A DNA stretch of 64,000 bases from Erythrobacter cryptus (GCA_046297575.1 JBKBHR010000015.1:2664-66663), one strand, 5' to 3'. Numbered from the stretch's first letter, positions 42,297 through 54,815 are shown. Notes: generated from the letters alone by a model not told the origin. Made by a program: numbers and translations.

Positions 42297-42932
42297 GTGC
42301 TCACCATCCACCACCTGCGCCTGTCGCAATCCGAACGCATCGTCTGGCTCGCCGAGGAGCTGGGGCTGGACTACGAAGTGAAGCTCTACACCCGCCGCGC
42401 GGACAATCGCCTTGCGCCCGATGACTACAAGGCGCTGCACCCGATGGGGATTGCCCCCGTCATCACCGATGGCGATCTGGTGCTGGGCGAAAGCGGGGCG
42501 ATCATCGACTATATCGTGGCCAGATATGCCCCCGATACGCCGCTCGTGCCGCGCAGCGACCACCCCGATTTTGCCGATCACCTGTTCTTCTATCACTGGG
42601 CCAATGCCACCTTCATGACCAATGGCATGATGGCGCTGGTGGCGCAGGCGCTGGGCGCGCGCGAGCTGCCCCCCTTCGTCGCCGAGCGGATGGCCAAGGG
42701 CTGGCAGATCGTCGAGGAGCGGCTCGGCAAGGCTGCCTATTTCGGCGGCAGCCAGCTCACCACGGCCGACATCATGATGGGCTTCCAGCTCACCACCGCG
42801 CGGGCAATGAGCGCGATGAGCATCGACCATCTGCCCAACCTCAAGGCCTACCTCAAGCGCATCGGGGAGCGCCCCGCCTACCAGCGCGCCATGGCCAGGT
42901 GCGAGCCCGGCATGCCGCCCAAGCTCGACTGA
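42297..42932 (+). CDS. Glutathione S-transferase
   Basis: SQSERI.WL.EELGL.Y, HPMG.AP, ESGAI, TADIMM. Confidence 0.9.
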   Translation: MLTIHHLRLSQSERIVWLAEELGLDYEVKLYTRRADNRLAPDDYKALHPMGIAPVITDGDLVLGESGAIIDYIVARYAPDTPLVPRSDHPDFADHLFFYHWANATFMTNGMMALVAQALGARELPPFVAERMAKGWQIVEERLGKAAYFGGSQLTTADIMMGFQLTTARAMSAMSIDHLPNLKAYLKRIGERPAYQRAMARCEPGMPPKLD

Positions 42933-43016
42933 CCACCCGTCACCGCGGACTTGATCCGGGGCCCGGCTGCCTCGACGCCGCGGCGCTGAGGTCGGGCGCG
43001 GGGGTGATGCCCAGCC

Positions 43017-44042
43017 TCACGGCCGCGCCGCGCGTTCGCGCCGCAGCAGTTCGGCCTTGATCTTGCGTCCCCAGGCATAGCCGCCGAGCGTGCCATCGGC
43101 GGCGATCACCCGGTGGCAGGGGGTGAGCACCGCGACCGGGTTGGCGGCATTGGCCCCGCCCACCGCGCGCGCCGCGCCGGGCTGGCCGAGCGCGGCGGCA
43201 AGCTGGCCATAGCTGCGCGTCTCTCCGCAAGGGATGCGGCGCAGTTCCTGCCACACCCGCTGCTGGAAGGCGGTGCCCGCGACATCGAGCGGGATCGCGG
43301 CGCTGTGCGGCCCGGGTTGCTCGACCGCCGCCAGCACTTCGGCGAACAGCGCTTCGAACTCCGCGCCCGCTGCGACCAGCTCGGCCTTGGGGAACCTTGC
43401 CCGCAACTGCGCCTCGCCCGCGCCAAAGGCCAGGCAGCACACCCCTTTGTCGGTCGCGGCGACCAGCATCTGCCCGAGCGAGGTCGCCAGCACCGCCCAG
43501 TGCATGCGCTTGCCCGCGCCGCCGCGGCGCCAATCGCTCGGGCTCATCCCTTCCCTCCCCTTCCTTTCGGCATAGAAGTGATCGGGCTTGGCATAGCCTG
43601 CCGCGGCAATCGCTTCGCCCACGCTTTGCCCCGCGATCAACGCCGCTTCGGCGCGGCTTTGCCGCAGTGCCCGCGCATAGGCGGCGGGCGAAAGCCCGGT
43701 GCTGCGGGTGAAGATGCGTTGAAAATGCGTCGCACTATAACCTGTGAGCCGCGCCAGCTCGGCAAGGCTCATGCGCCCCTGCGCCGCGATCGCCGCGATC
43801 GCCGCGCGCACGCAGGCTTCGGCAGCGCTCTGGCGATCGGGCGCGCAGCGCTTGCACGGCCGCAGCCCCGCCGCTGCGGCCGCGGCGGGGGTGGCGTAGA
43901 AGCGCACGTTGCGGCGATGCGGCAGGCGCGCCGGGCACGAGGGGCGGCAATAGATCCCGGTCGAATGGACGCCGGTGACAAAGGCCCCGTCGAACCGCCG
44001 GTCCCTGGCCCTGACCGCCTGCCAGCGCGCCTCGTCATCCAT
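43017..44042 (-). CDS. ada: Bifunctional Ada regulator / O6-methylguanine methyltransferase
   Basis: Ada Zn-binding CRPSC...RPCKRC, AraC HTH, PCHRV active site. Start ATG 44042 preferred; the upstream MFHVEH start lies inside parS. Confidence 0.93.
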   Translation of the reverse strand: MDDEARWQAVRARDRRFDGAFVTGVHSTGIYCRPSCPARLPHRRNVRFYATPAAAAAAGLRPCKRCAPDRQSAAEACVRAAIAAIAAQGRMSLAELARLTGYSATHFQRIFTRSTGLSPAAYARALRQSRAEAALIAGQSVGEAIAAAGYAKPDHFYAERKGREGMSPSDWRRGGAGKRMHWAVLATSLGQMLVAATDKGVCCLAFGAGEAQLRARFPKAELVAAGAEFEALFAEVLAAVEQPGPHSAAIPLDVAGTAFQQRVWQELRRIPCGETRSYGQLAAALGQPGAARAVGGANAANPVAVLTPCHRVIAADGTLGGYAWGRKIKAELLRRERAARP

Positions 44043-44052
44043 GTTCGTAAAA

Positions 44053-44068
44053 TGTTCCACGTGAAACA
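44053..44068. other. parS: parS centromere site
   Basis: TGTTCCACGTGAAACA, an exact match to the widespread parS consensus TGTTNCACGTGAAACA. Confidence 0.85.
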
Positions 44069-44152
44069 TTGTGCCAGCTTGCGCGCCGCGGCGCACCCCC
44101 CGGCCTTGCGTTCAATCTCGCGCGCGGCGAAATTGCCGCTATAAGCACCGCC

Positions 44153-45745
44153 ATGCTGCCGCTGCTGCGCGCCCTTGCGGCGCTCCTTGTCTGCCTTGTC
44201 TGCCTTGCCGTGCCCGCCGCGGCCGATCCGGGCGATCTTGCCGCGGCGGCGCGCGGGGTGGTGCGGGTGGTGATCATCGGCGAGGAGGGCGGCGCGCCCG
44301 CGCCGGTGAGCCACGGCACCGGCTTTGCCGTCAGCCCCACCCGGATCGTCACCAATGCCCATGTGGTGCGCGAGGCGGTGCAGGATGACACGCTGCGCAT
44401 CGGCATCGTCCCGCCCGAGGGCGCCGGCGGGGCCTTTGCCCGGGTGGTGGCGGTGAGCCCGCGCAACGATCTTGCCCTGCTCGAGATCACCGGGGGCAGG
44501 CTCGCCCTGCCGCCGCTGGCGCTTGCCGGCGGGGCCGGGGCGGCGGGCAGAGGCGCGGGCGGCGCCGGCCTCGCGGAAGTTGCGGCGGTGGGCTATCCGA
44601 TGACCGTCGATCTTGCCCAGGGCCTTGATATGTCTGACATATTCCGCGCCCAGCCGCCAGTGACCTCGCGCGGCTTCGTCTCCGGCGAGCGGCCCGCGCG
44701 GCAGTTCGACACGATCCTCCACACCGCCCCCATCGCCCGCGGCAATTCGGGCGGGCCGCTGCTCGATCCCTGCGGCAGGGTCGTCGGGGTCAATTCCTTC
44801 AGCACCGATTCGGGCAATGGCGATGGCGAGTTCTACTTTGCCGTCTCGCTGCGCGAGCTGGTGCCCTTCCTCAAGGCCAACGGGGTCGAGCCGGTGACGA
44901 ACACCCTGCCCTGCCGCTCGCTCGACGAGCTTGACGCGGCCGAGCGCCAGCGACTCGAGGCCGAGCAGGCCGCCGCCCGTGCCCGCCTGGCCGAGCGGGC
45001 CGAGCGGCAGCGCGCGCTGCGCGAGAAGGCGCAGCTTGCCGCACAGATGGAGGTGCTCGCCGCGCGCGAGAACCGCATGGCCATGGCGCTCCTCGCGCTG
45101 CTCATCGGCCTCGGCGCGGCAGCCGCAGCGCTGCGCTGGCGCGGCGCAGAGGAGGGGGACGCGGCGGGCGCCAGGCGGCGCGCCGCGATCGCCGCCACCC
45201 TGGCGGGCCTTGGCTTCATCGCCGCGGCGGTGCTGTGGCTCACCCGCCCGGGCCTTGCCGCGATCGAGGACAAGGTTGCCGCCGCGTTGGCCGAGGCGGA
45301 GGCCGCGCCCGCCCCCGCCCCCAGCGCCAGCGCCGCCGCCGAGGGCGCGCTCATCTGCACCTTCGTGCCCGAGCGCAGCCGGGTGACGAGCGCGCGCACC
45401 GATGATGTCGCCTTTGAATGGTCGGCCGATGGCTGCGTCAACGGGCGCACCCAATATGGGCTTGGCCCCGGCGGCGCCTGGCAGCGGGTGTTTGCCGCGC
45501 GCGAGGATGCGGCGGTGGCGGTCAACACCTTCGACCCGGCCACCCGCACCCTGCGCACCGACCGCTATCTCCTGAGCCAGGAGGCGCTCGAACAGGCGCG
45601 CGCCGCCCGCGCCGCCTATACCCCGCCGGCCTGCGGGGTGAGCGACGGGGCGCGCACCTTGGGCGAACAGCAATCGGCGCTGATCGCGCTGCTGCCGGAG
45701 CGCCCCAACGAAAGGCTGGTCTATTCCTGCGCGCCGCGCGGCTGA
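44153..45745 (+). CDS. Membrane-anchored trypsin-like serine protease
   Basis: Signal peptide; triad VTNAHVV / NDLALL / GNSGGPL; coiled coil, 2 TM segments and a C-terminal domain. Start at ATG 44153. Confidence 0.85.
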   Translation: MLPLLRALAALLVCLVCLAVPAAADPGDLAAAARGVVRVVIIGEEGGAPAPVSHGTGFAVSPTRIVTNAHVVREAVQDDTLRIGIVPPEGAGGAFARVVAVSPRNDLALLEITGGRLALPPLALAGGAGAAGRGAGGAGLAEVAAVGYPMTVDLAQGLDMSDIFRAQPPVTSRGFVSGERPARQFDTILHTAPIARGNSGGPLLDPCGRVVGVNSFSTDSGNGDGEFYFAVSLRELVPFLKANGVEPVTNTLPCRSLDELDAAERQRLEAEQAAARARLAERAERQRALREKAQLAAQMEVLAARENRMAMALLALLIGLGAAAAALRWRGAEEGDAAGARRRAAIAATLAGLGFIAAAVLWLTRPGLAAIEDKVAAALAEAEAAPAPAPSASAAAEGALICTFVPERSRVTSARTDDVAFEWSADGCVNGRTQYGLGPGGAWQRVFAAREDAAVAVNTFDPATRTLRTDRYLLSQEALEQARAARAAYTPPACGVSDGARTLGEQQSALIALLPERPNERLVYSCAPRG

Positions 45746-45789
45746 GCACACGTTCACCCGGGGTTCAGCCGCGCGAAGGACGATATTGA

Positions 45790-46767
45790 TTGGTGATGCT
45801 TTCCCAAGCCCTCTGGACGCGCGCCACGCGCCTCTGGCCGGTTCTGGCCGCGGCGCTTCTGGCCGCTCCCGGCGCGGCGCAGGATCATGCCGGCGCGGTG
45901 CCCGATCCCGCCGGGGAAAGCCCCGCCGCGAGCGGCCCGCGCGAGATCGTCGTGCCCGGCAACCGCGTGCTTGCCCCCCGCGCCATCACCACCGATCTGC
46001 GCCGGCTGACCGTCCGCGAGAAGTTCACCGCGCGTCCGGCGCGCTTCTTCGATCCGCTCTGCCCGGTGGTCGTCGGGCTCGATCCGCCGCTGGCCGACAG
46101 CATCGCCGCACGCATCCGCGCCAACGGCGCGATCGCCAAGCTGCCCCCGGCCAAGCCCGATTGCCGCGCCAATGCCATCGTCATCGTGCTCGATGAGCCC
46201 GCCAAGACTTTCGAGCAATTGCGCAAGAAGCGCCCCGCGCTGCTGGGCACCCATGAGTTTCGTGACCGCCCGCTCGGCACCATCCGCGCCGAACTGGCTG
46301 CCGGGCAGCCCGCGGTCTCGTGGAGCCAGCTGACCCAGCGCCCCACCAATGGGGTGCTGCTCGGCAATCTCGATGGCAACGAGCTGCGCACCAATTCCAT
46401 CCCCCGGCTGCGCCCCACGGTGATGATGCAGAAGGACACCGCGGTGGTGCTGTTCGACCGGCGCCAGCTGGTCGATGTCGAGGTGGGTCAGCTGGCCGAT
46501 TTCGCCACGCTCCACCTGCTCGGCGGGCCGCGCTCGGGGGCCGACCTCGAGGGCATCGGCGTGCCGACGCTGATGACCCTGTTCCGCGACGGGCCCAAGG
46601 CCGCGCCCGATGGCCTCACCGAGTTCGACCGCGCCTATCTCGCCGCGCTCCATTCGCTCGATGGTGAGGCGCTGGGCAAGCCGCTGGCGGCCAAGGTCCT
46701 CGCGTTCTTCGAGGAGGAATGCGCGCTTGAGGGTGGCACCTGCGAGGTCACCGGGCCTGCCCCCTGA
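45790..46767 (+). CDS. Secreted hypothetical protein
   Basis: Signal peptide, EIVVPG motif, two Cys, host-like codon usage. Confidence 0.7.
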   Translation: MVMLSQALWTRATRLWPVLAAALLAAPGAAQDHAGAVPDPAGESPAASGPREIVVPGNRVLAPRAITTDLRRLTVREKFTARPARFFDPLCPVVVGLDPPLADSIAARIRANGAIAKLPPAKPDCRANAIVIVLDEPAKTFEQLRKKRPALLGTHEFRDRPLGTIRAELAAGQPAVSWSQLTQRPTNGVLLGNLDGNELRTNSIPRLRPTVMMQKDTAVVLFDRRQLVDVEVGQLADFATLHLLGGPRSGADLEGIGVPTLMTLFRDGPKAAPDGLTEFDRAYLAALHSLDGEALGKPLAAKVLAFFEEECALEGGTCEVTGPAP

Positions 46768-46843
46768 CGTCCCCGGCGCCGGGCGGGGCGCACCTCGGCC
46801 CCAGGCTTTTTCTCGCAGCTGCAACAAAATCCCCGGCGCTTTC

Positions 46844-46872
46844 TTGCACTCTGGCAGAGCCGGTGCTAGGCG
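46844..46872 (+). promoter_or_regulatory. Putative sigma70 promoter of the atpHAGDC operon
   Basis: TTGCAC-N17-TAGGCG, with GC immediately before the -10 element. Confidence 0.5.
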
Positions 46873-46961
46873 CGCGCCAGCCTTGCCGGGGGCCAGCCTT
46901 CCCGCGGGCCACACATCGCACCCCTTGTTGCCTTTTCACGATCCGAGAGGATGAAGCGCGC

Positions 46962-47516
46962 GTGGATATTTCCGCCGGAATCAAGGCCAGCCTCGAAGGG
47001 CGCTATGCCGCGGCCCTGTTCGATCTTGCCAGCGAAAGCGGCGTGGTCGGGCCGGTCGAAAGCGATCTTGATGCCCTCGCCAAGGCGCTTGGCGAATCGG
47101 CCGAGCTTGCCGGGCTGATCGCCAATCCCGAGCTGTCGCGCGCCGCGCAGGGCAAGGCGATCGCCGCGGTGGCCGAGGCCATGGGCCTTGCCCCGCTGGT
47201 CGGCAAGTTCCTCGGCGTGCTCGCCGCCAACCGCCGCCTTGCCAAGCTGCCCGGCATCATCAGCGCCTTCAAGGCGATTGCCGCGGCCCAGCGCGGCGAG
47301 ATCGCCGCCACCGTCACCAGCGCCCACCCCTTGAGCGCGGAGCAGCTCGCCGCGCTCAAGGCCAAGCTCACCCAGCGTGAAGGGCGCACCGTCATGCTCA
47401 CCGCCAAGGTCGATCCCGAGCTTCTCGGCGGCCTTGTCGTCACCATCGGATCGCAGCGCATCGACGGCTCGATCCGCACCCGCCTCAACGCGCTCGCTCA
47501 GGCAATGCGGGCATGA
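46962..47516 (+). CDS. atpH: F1 ATP synthase subunit delta
   Basis: [33 protein letters not shown] start at 46962. Confidence 0.95.
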   Translation: MDISAGIKASLEGRYAAALFDLASESGVVGPVESDLDALAKALGESAELAGLIANPELSRAAQGKAIAAVAEAMGLAPLVGKFLGVLAANRRLAKLPGIISAFKAIAAAQRGEIAATVTSAHPLSAEQLAALKAKLTQREGRTVMLTAKVDPELLGGLVVTIGSQRIDGSIRTRLNALAQAMRA

Positions 47517-49130
<1,614 letters not shown>

Positions 49131-49143
49131 GGGAGCAGGCCCG

Positions 49144-50013
49144 GTGCCCTCGCTCAAGGAACTCAAAGGCCGGATCAACTCGGTCAAGTCGACCCAGAAG
49201 ATCACCAAGGCCAAGCAGATGGTCTCGGCGGCCAAGCTGCGCCGTGCCCAGGCCGCGGCTGAGGCGGCGCGCCCCTATGCCGCGCGGCTGGCCGCGGTGA
49301 TGGCGAGCCTTGCGGGCAAGGTGGCTGGCGACAGCGCGCCCCGGCTGCTGGCCGGCACCGGCGCGGACCAGCGCCACCTGCTGGTGGTGGTCAACACCGA
49401 CAAGGGCCTGTGCGGCGGGCTCAATTCCAACCTCGTCAAGGCCGCCAAGGCCAAGGCGCAGGAATTGCAGGCCGCCGGCAAGCAGGTCGCCTTCTTCCTC
49501 GTCGGCAAGAAGGGCCGCGCCCCGCTCAGCCGCGAATTTCCCGGCCTCATCACCGGCGGCTTTGATACCAGCACGGTCAAGACCCCGGGCTTTGCCGAAG
49601 CCGAGGCGATCGCGAACGAGCTCATCAGCCTGTTCGAGGCGGGCCGCTTCGATGTCGCCCACCTCGTCTTTCCCACCTTCAAGTCGGCCCTCGCCCAGGA
49701 GCCGACCGTCACCCAGCTGATCCCCGTCCCCGCCCCGGCCGAGGCCGGCAAGGGCGATGCCGTGGTCGAATACGAGCCGGGCGAGGAGGAAATCCTTGCC
49801 GAACTGCTGCCGCGCTATTTGCGCACCCGGCTGTTCGGCGCGCTGCTCGAGCGCGAGGCCTCCGAACAGGGCGCCTCGATGACCGCGATGGACAACGCCA
49901 CGCGCAACGCGGGCGAGCTGATCAACAAGCTCACCATCCAGTACAACCGCAGCCGCCAGGCCGCGATCACCACCGAACTCATCGAAATCATTGCTGGCGC
50001 CGAGGCGCTGTAA
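49144..50013 (+). CDS. atpG: F1 ATP synthase subunit gamma
   Basis: [36 protein letters not shown] start. Confidence 0.97.
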   Translation: MPSLKELKGRINSVKSTQKITKAKQMVSAAKLRRAQAAAEAARPYAARLAAVMASLAGKVAGDSAPRLLAGTGADQRHLLVVVNTDKGLCGGLNSNLVKAAKAKAQELQAAGKQVAFFLVGKKGRAPLSREFPGLITGGFDTSTVKTPGFAEAEAIANELISLFEAGRFDVAHLVFPTFKSALAQEPTVTQLIPVPAPAEAGKGDAVVEYEPGEEEILAELLPRYLRTRLFGALLEREASEQGASMTAMDNATRNAGELINKLTIQYNRSRQAAITTELIEIIAGAEAL

Positions 50014-51492
<1,479 letters not shown>

Positions 51493-51498
51493 GCGGCG

Positions 51499-51756
51499 AT
51501 GGCGCTCCACTTCGAACTCGTCACCCCGGCACGGCTGGTGCGCTCGGAGGATGTCCACATGGTGGTCGTCCCCGGCACCGAGGGCGAATTCGGCGTGCTC
51601 GAGGGCCATGCGCCCTTCATGAGCACGATCCGCGACGGCGCGGTGCAGGTCTATGCCAAGGAAGGCGCGGCACCCGAGGTGATCGAAGTGCGCGGCGGCT
51701 TTGCCGAGGTGAGCGAAGCAGGCCTCACCATCCTTGCCGAGCACGTCGAGGGCTGA
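51499..51756 (+). CDS. atpC: F1 ATP synthase subunit epsilon (short form)
   Basis: [26 protein letters not shown]; ends at 85 aa. Confidence 0.93.
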   Translation: MALHFELVTPARLVRSEDVHMVVVPGTEGEFGVLEGHAPFMSTIRDGAVQVYAKEGAAPEVIEVRGGFAEVSEAGLTILAEHVEG

Positions 51757-51787
51757 GCCCCTGCGACCGATCGACGAATGACCAACG

Positions 51788-51814
51788 AGGGCGGGCCGCT
51801 GGCTCGCCCTTTGT
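51788..51814 (+). terminator. Probable intrinsic terminator of the atp operon
   Basis: AGGGCGGGCC-gct-GGCTCGCCCT followed by TTGT. Confidence 0.55.
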
Positions 51815-51885
51815 GCTTGGGCCCCTTTCCAAGCGCGCGCGCGGCGGGCACAAGGGCGGCCTGCCAATCCCGACGGAGAGGACGC

Positions 51886-54027
51886 TTGAAACTTGTCTCC
51901 ACTTTTGCACTGGCGCTTGCCATGAGCCTTTCTGCCACACCCGCCGCTGCCGAAGACCCCGCCACCCCCGGCGTTCCCGGCCCCGAGCAGGACCCTTACA
52001 TCTTCCTCGAACAGGCCCGCAGCCCCGAAGCGCTCGAATGGGTCGCCAAGGAAAACGAGCGCACCCTTGCGGTGCTCGCCAAGGATCCGCGCTATGAGCA
52101 GCTCGCGGCCGAGGCTCTGGCGATCTTCGATGCCGAAGACCGCATCCCCTTCGTCTCCTTCCGCCCCGATGGCCTCTACAATTTCTGGCAGGACAAGGCC
52201 AACCCGCGCGGGGTGCTGCGCCGCACCAGCCTTGAAAGCTATCGCAGCGCAAACCCGCAATGGGAGATCGTGCTCGATATCGACGCGCTCGCCAGGGCCG
52301 AGGGGCGCGAATGGGTCTATCAGGGCTCGACCTGCCTGCCGCCCAGGCTCACGCGCTGCATGATCGCGCTTTCGGATGGCGGCGAGGATGCCACGATCCT
52401 GCGCGAATTCGACACCACCACCAGGCAATTCGTCGCAGGCGGCTTCGTGCTCGATAGCAAGAGCCAGGGCGGGGTGCAGTGGATCGACGAGGACACCCTG
52501 CTGGTCGGCCGTTCCTTTGGCGAAGGCACGCTCACCGAAAGCGCCTATCCCTTCACCAGCCGGGTGTGGAAGCGCGGCACGCGAATCGCGGATGCGCCCG
52601 AAATCTTCCGCGGCGCGCCCAGCGATGTCTGGGCCGGGGCCAGCCTGCTGCGCGATGCCAAGGGCACGATCCACGCCCGCACCGCCTTTCGCGGCATCAG
52701 CTTTCACGAGAGCCTCCATTTCGTCGAGAAGGACGGGGCCTGGCTCCGGCTCGACATTCCCACCAAGGCCGCGCCCTATGGCATCGTCGATGGGCACCTG
52801 TTGTTTTCCACCGATGTCGATTGGCAGGTCGATGGCCAGACCTTCCCGGCCGACAGCCTGATCGCGGTCGATCTCGAGGAATGGAAGCGCGATCCCAACG
52901 GCGCGCGCAAGACCCTCGTCTGGGCGCCGGGGGAGCGCCAGACCAAGCAGGGCGGCGCGATCACCGCCAATGGCCTTTACGTGGCGCTGCTCGACAATGT
53001 CGTGGGCCGGGTGCTGCGCTTCAATTTCGAGAATGGCGCGTGGGTCAGCCGCCCGGTGCCCCTGCCCGACAACGCCACCATCGGGATCGCCGCCGCCTCG
53101 GACGAGACCGACGAGGTGATGTTCACGGTCAGCGATTTTCTCAATCCCACCACGCTCTACTATTCCGATGGCAGCGCCGATCCGCAGGTGATCAAGACCA
53201 GCCCGGCCTATTTCGACCCCACGGGCATGAGCGTCGAACAGCACCAGGCCAAGAGCAAGGACGGCACGCTGATCCCCTACTTCATCGTCAAGCCCAGGGG
53301 CATGGCGCAGGACGGCACCACGCCGACGCTGCTCACCGGCTATGGCGGGTTCCAGGTGCCGCGCCTGCCCGCCTATCTCGGCACCACCGGCAAGTTGTGG
53401 CTGGAAAAGGGCGGCGCCTATGTGCTCGCCAACCTGCGCGGCGGGGGCGAGTTCGGCCCCCAGTGGCACCAGAGCGCGATCCGCGAGCACAAGCAGCGCA
53501 CCTGGGATGATTTCATCGCCGTGGCCGAGGATCTGGTGAAGCGCGGCTTCACGCGGCCCGAACGCCTCGGCATCATCGGCGGCTCGCAGGGCGGCCTGCT
53601 GGTGGGCACCGCCTTCACCCAGCGGCCCGACCTCTTCGGCGCAGCGATCGTGCAGATCCCGCTGTTCGACATGCTGCGCTATCACCTGATCGGGCGCGGG
53701 GCCTCGTGGATCGGAGAATATGGCGATCCGCGCATTCCCGAGGAGCGCGCCTGGATCGAGGCCTATTCGCCCTATCAGAAGATCGTTCCCGGCGTGCGCT
53801 ACCCGGCGCCCTTCCTCTGGGCCTCGACCGCCGATGACCGCACCCACCCTGCCCATGCGCGCAAGGCCGCCGCGCGGCTGAAGGCACAGGGCCACCCCTA
53901 TCTCTATTTCGAGGACACCACCGGGGGCCATTCGGGCGGGGTGGACAATGCCCAGCGCGCCAAGCTCCAGGCGCTGCAATTCGTCTATCTGATGCAGCGG
54001 CTGATGGATCCACAGCCGGCGAAATAG
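51886..54027 (+). CDS. Prolyl oligopeptidase (S9A), exported
   Basis: EDPYIFLE, GYGGF, NLRGGGEFG, GGSQGG catalytic Ser, DDRTHP, GGH. TTG start after GGAGAG. Confidence 0.93.
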   Translation: MKLVSTFALALAMSLSATPAAAEDPATPGVPGPEQDPYIFLEQARSPEALEWVAKENERTLAVLAKDPRYEQLAAEALAIFDAEDRIPFVSFRPDGLYNFWQDKANPRGVLRRTSLESYRSANPQWEIVLDIDALARAEGREWVYQGSTCLPPRLTRCMIALSDGGEDATILREFDTTTRQFVAGGFVLDSKSQGGVQWIDEDTLLVGRSFGEGTLTESAYPFTSRVWKRGTRIADAPEIFRGAPSDVWAGASLLRDAKGTIHARTAFRGISFHESLHFVEKDGAWLRLDIPTKAAPYGIVDGHLLFSTDVDWQVDGQTFPADSLIAVDLEEWKRDPNGARKTLVWAPGERQTKQGGAITANGLYVALLDNVVGRVLRFNFENGAWVSRPVPLPDNATIGIAAASDETDEVMFTVSDFLNPTTLYYSDGSADPQVIKTSPAYFDPTGMSVEQHQAKSKDGTLIPYFIVKPRGMAQDGTTPTLLTGYGGFQVPRLPAYLGTTGKLWLEKGGAYVLANLRGGGEFGPQWHQSAIREHKQRTWDDFIAVAEDLVKRGFTRPERLGIIGGSQGGLLVGTAFTQRPDLFGAAIVQIPLFDMLRYHLIGRGASWIGEYGDPRIPEERAWIEAYSPYQKIVPGVRYPAPFLWASTADDRTHPAHARKAAARLKAQGHPYLYFEDTTGGHSGGVDNAQRAKLQALQFVYLMQRLMDPQPAK

Positions 54028-54150
54028 GGGCCTTGCGCAAGCGCCCCGCCCGCCGCGGTGGGGTGCGCGTGGCTGCCCCATCGGGGCCAGGTGTAAACCT
54101 GCCCGACACCCGTGCCTCGGCTCATCGCAGGTGCGGCACGGAGTAAGTGC

Positions 54151-54189
54151 TCAACCCGAGCTTAACCCTGTCCGGCAGGGCCTCGTTAA
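54151..54189 (+). promoter_or_regulatory. Putative CtrA box(es) upstream of the SciP-like gene
   Basis: TCAA-N7-TTAA (54151-54165; 1 mismatch to TTAA-N7-TTAA), including TTAACC, plus a second TTAA at 54186-54189. Confidence 0.55.
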
Positions 54190-54247
54190 GCCTTTGGCCC
54201 AATCCTCGAAAGCTGTCGGGGGCGACATGCGACGAGGAGCACCAGCA

Positions 54248-54496
54248 ATGGCCTACCCGAAGGACATCTCGATCGCCGAGGCGATCAAGCGCTACCGCCA
54301 CCTGCCCAAGAGCCACCGGGTCCACTGGTCCAAGGCGCGCAAGGACGAAGTGGTGCGCGCCGTGCACGACGGGCTGATCAGCTTTCACGAGGCCCGGGCG
54401 CGCTATCTGCTCAGCCGCGATGAATTTGCCGCCTGGGAGGCCGATTACATCGCCACCGGCGGCGGCGAAGCGCAGGGGCGGCTGGAGGAGGCCTGA
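54248..54496 (+). CDS. DUF1153 / SciP-like small HTH protein
   Basis: HWSKARKDEVVRAVHDGLISFHEARARYLLSRDEFAAW resembles the SciP core (RW..RRKAEVV.AV..GL.S.EEA..RY.L..EEF..W). Start at ATG 54248. Confidence 0.78.
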   Translation: MAYPKDISIAEAIKRYRHLPKSHRVHWSKARKDEVVRAVHDGLISFHEARARYLLSRDEFAAWEADYIATGGGEAQGRLEEA

Positions 54497-54512
54497 GCCC
54501 ACCGTGCGCGCC

Positions 54513-54815
54513 CTAGCGCGTGGGCGCATCGAAATCAGCGGGCTTGCTTGCGATCCAGGCGATGAAGCGCGCCATCGGCGGATGGCTGCGGATCGCCTCG
54601 GGATCGTTGCCGATGCGCGCCAGTTCGCTGTTGGTGAAATTGGCGTGGATGGTCTTGTGGCAGATCGGGTGGACCGGCACCTTGATCTTGCCCTTCTTCG
54701 ACTTGGGCACGGGGTGATGCCACTGCACGATCCGCCCCAGCGGGCGGGCGCAGAGCCAGCAGACCAGCGGCGCCAGCGCCCGCGCCTCCTGCGCGCCCTC
54801 GGGCGGCGCGCTCAC
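54513..54815 (-). CDS. Small stand-alone HNH endonuclease-like protein
   Basis: CWLC...WHHPVP...VHPICHKTIH; overlaps the glmU stop. Confidence 0.8.
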   Translation of the reverse strand: MSAPPEGAQEARALAPLVCWLCARPLGRIVQWHHPVPKSKKGKIKVPVHPICHKTIHANFTNSELARIGNDPEAIRSHPPMARFIAWIASKPADFDAPTR

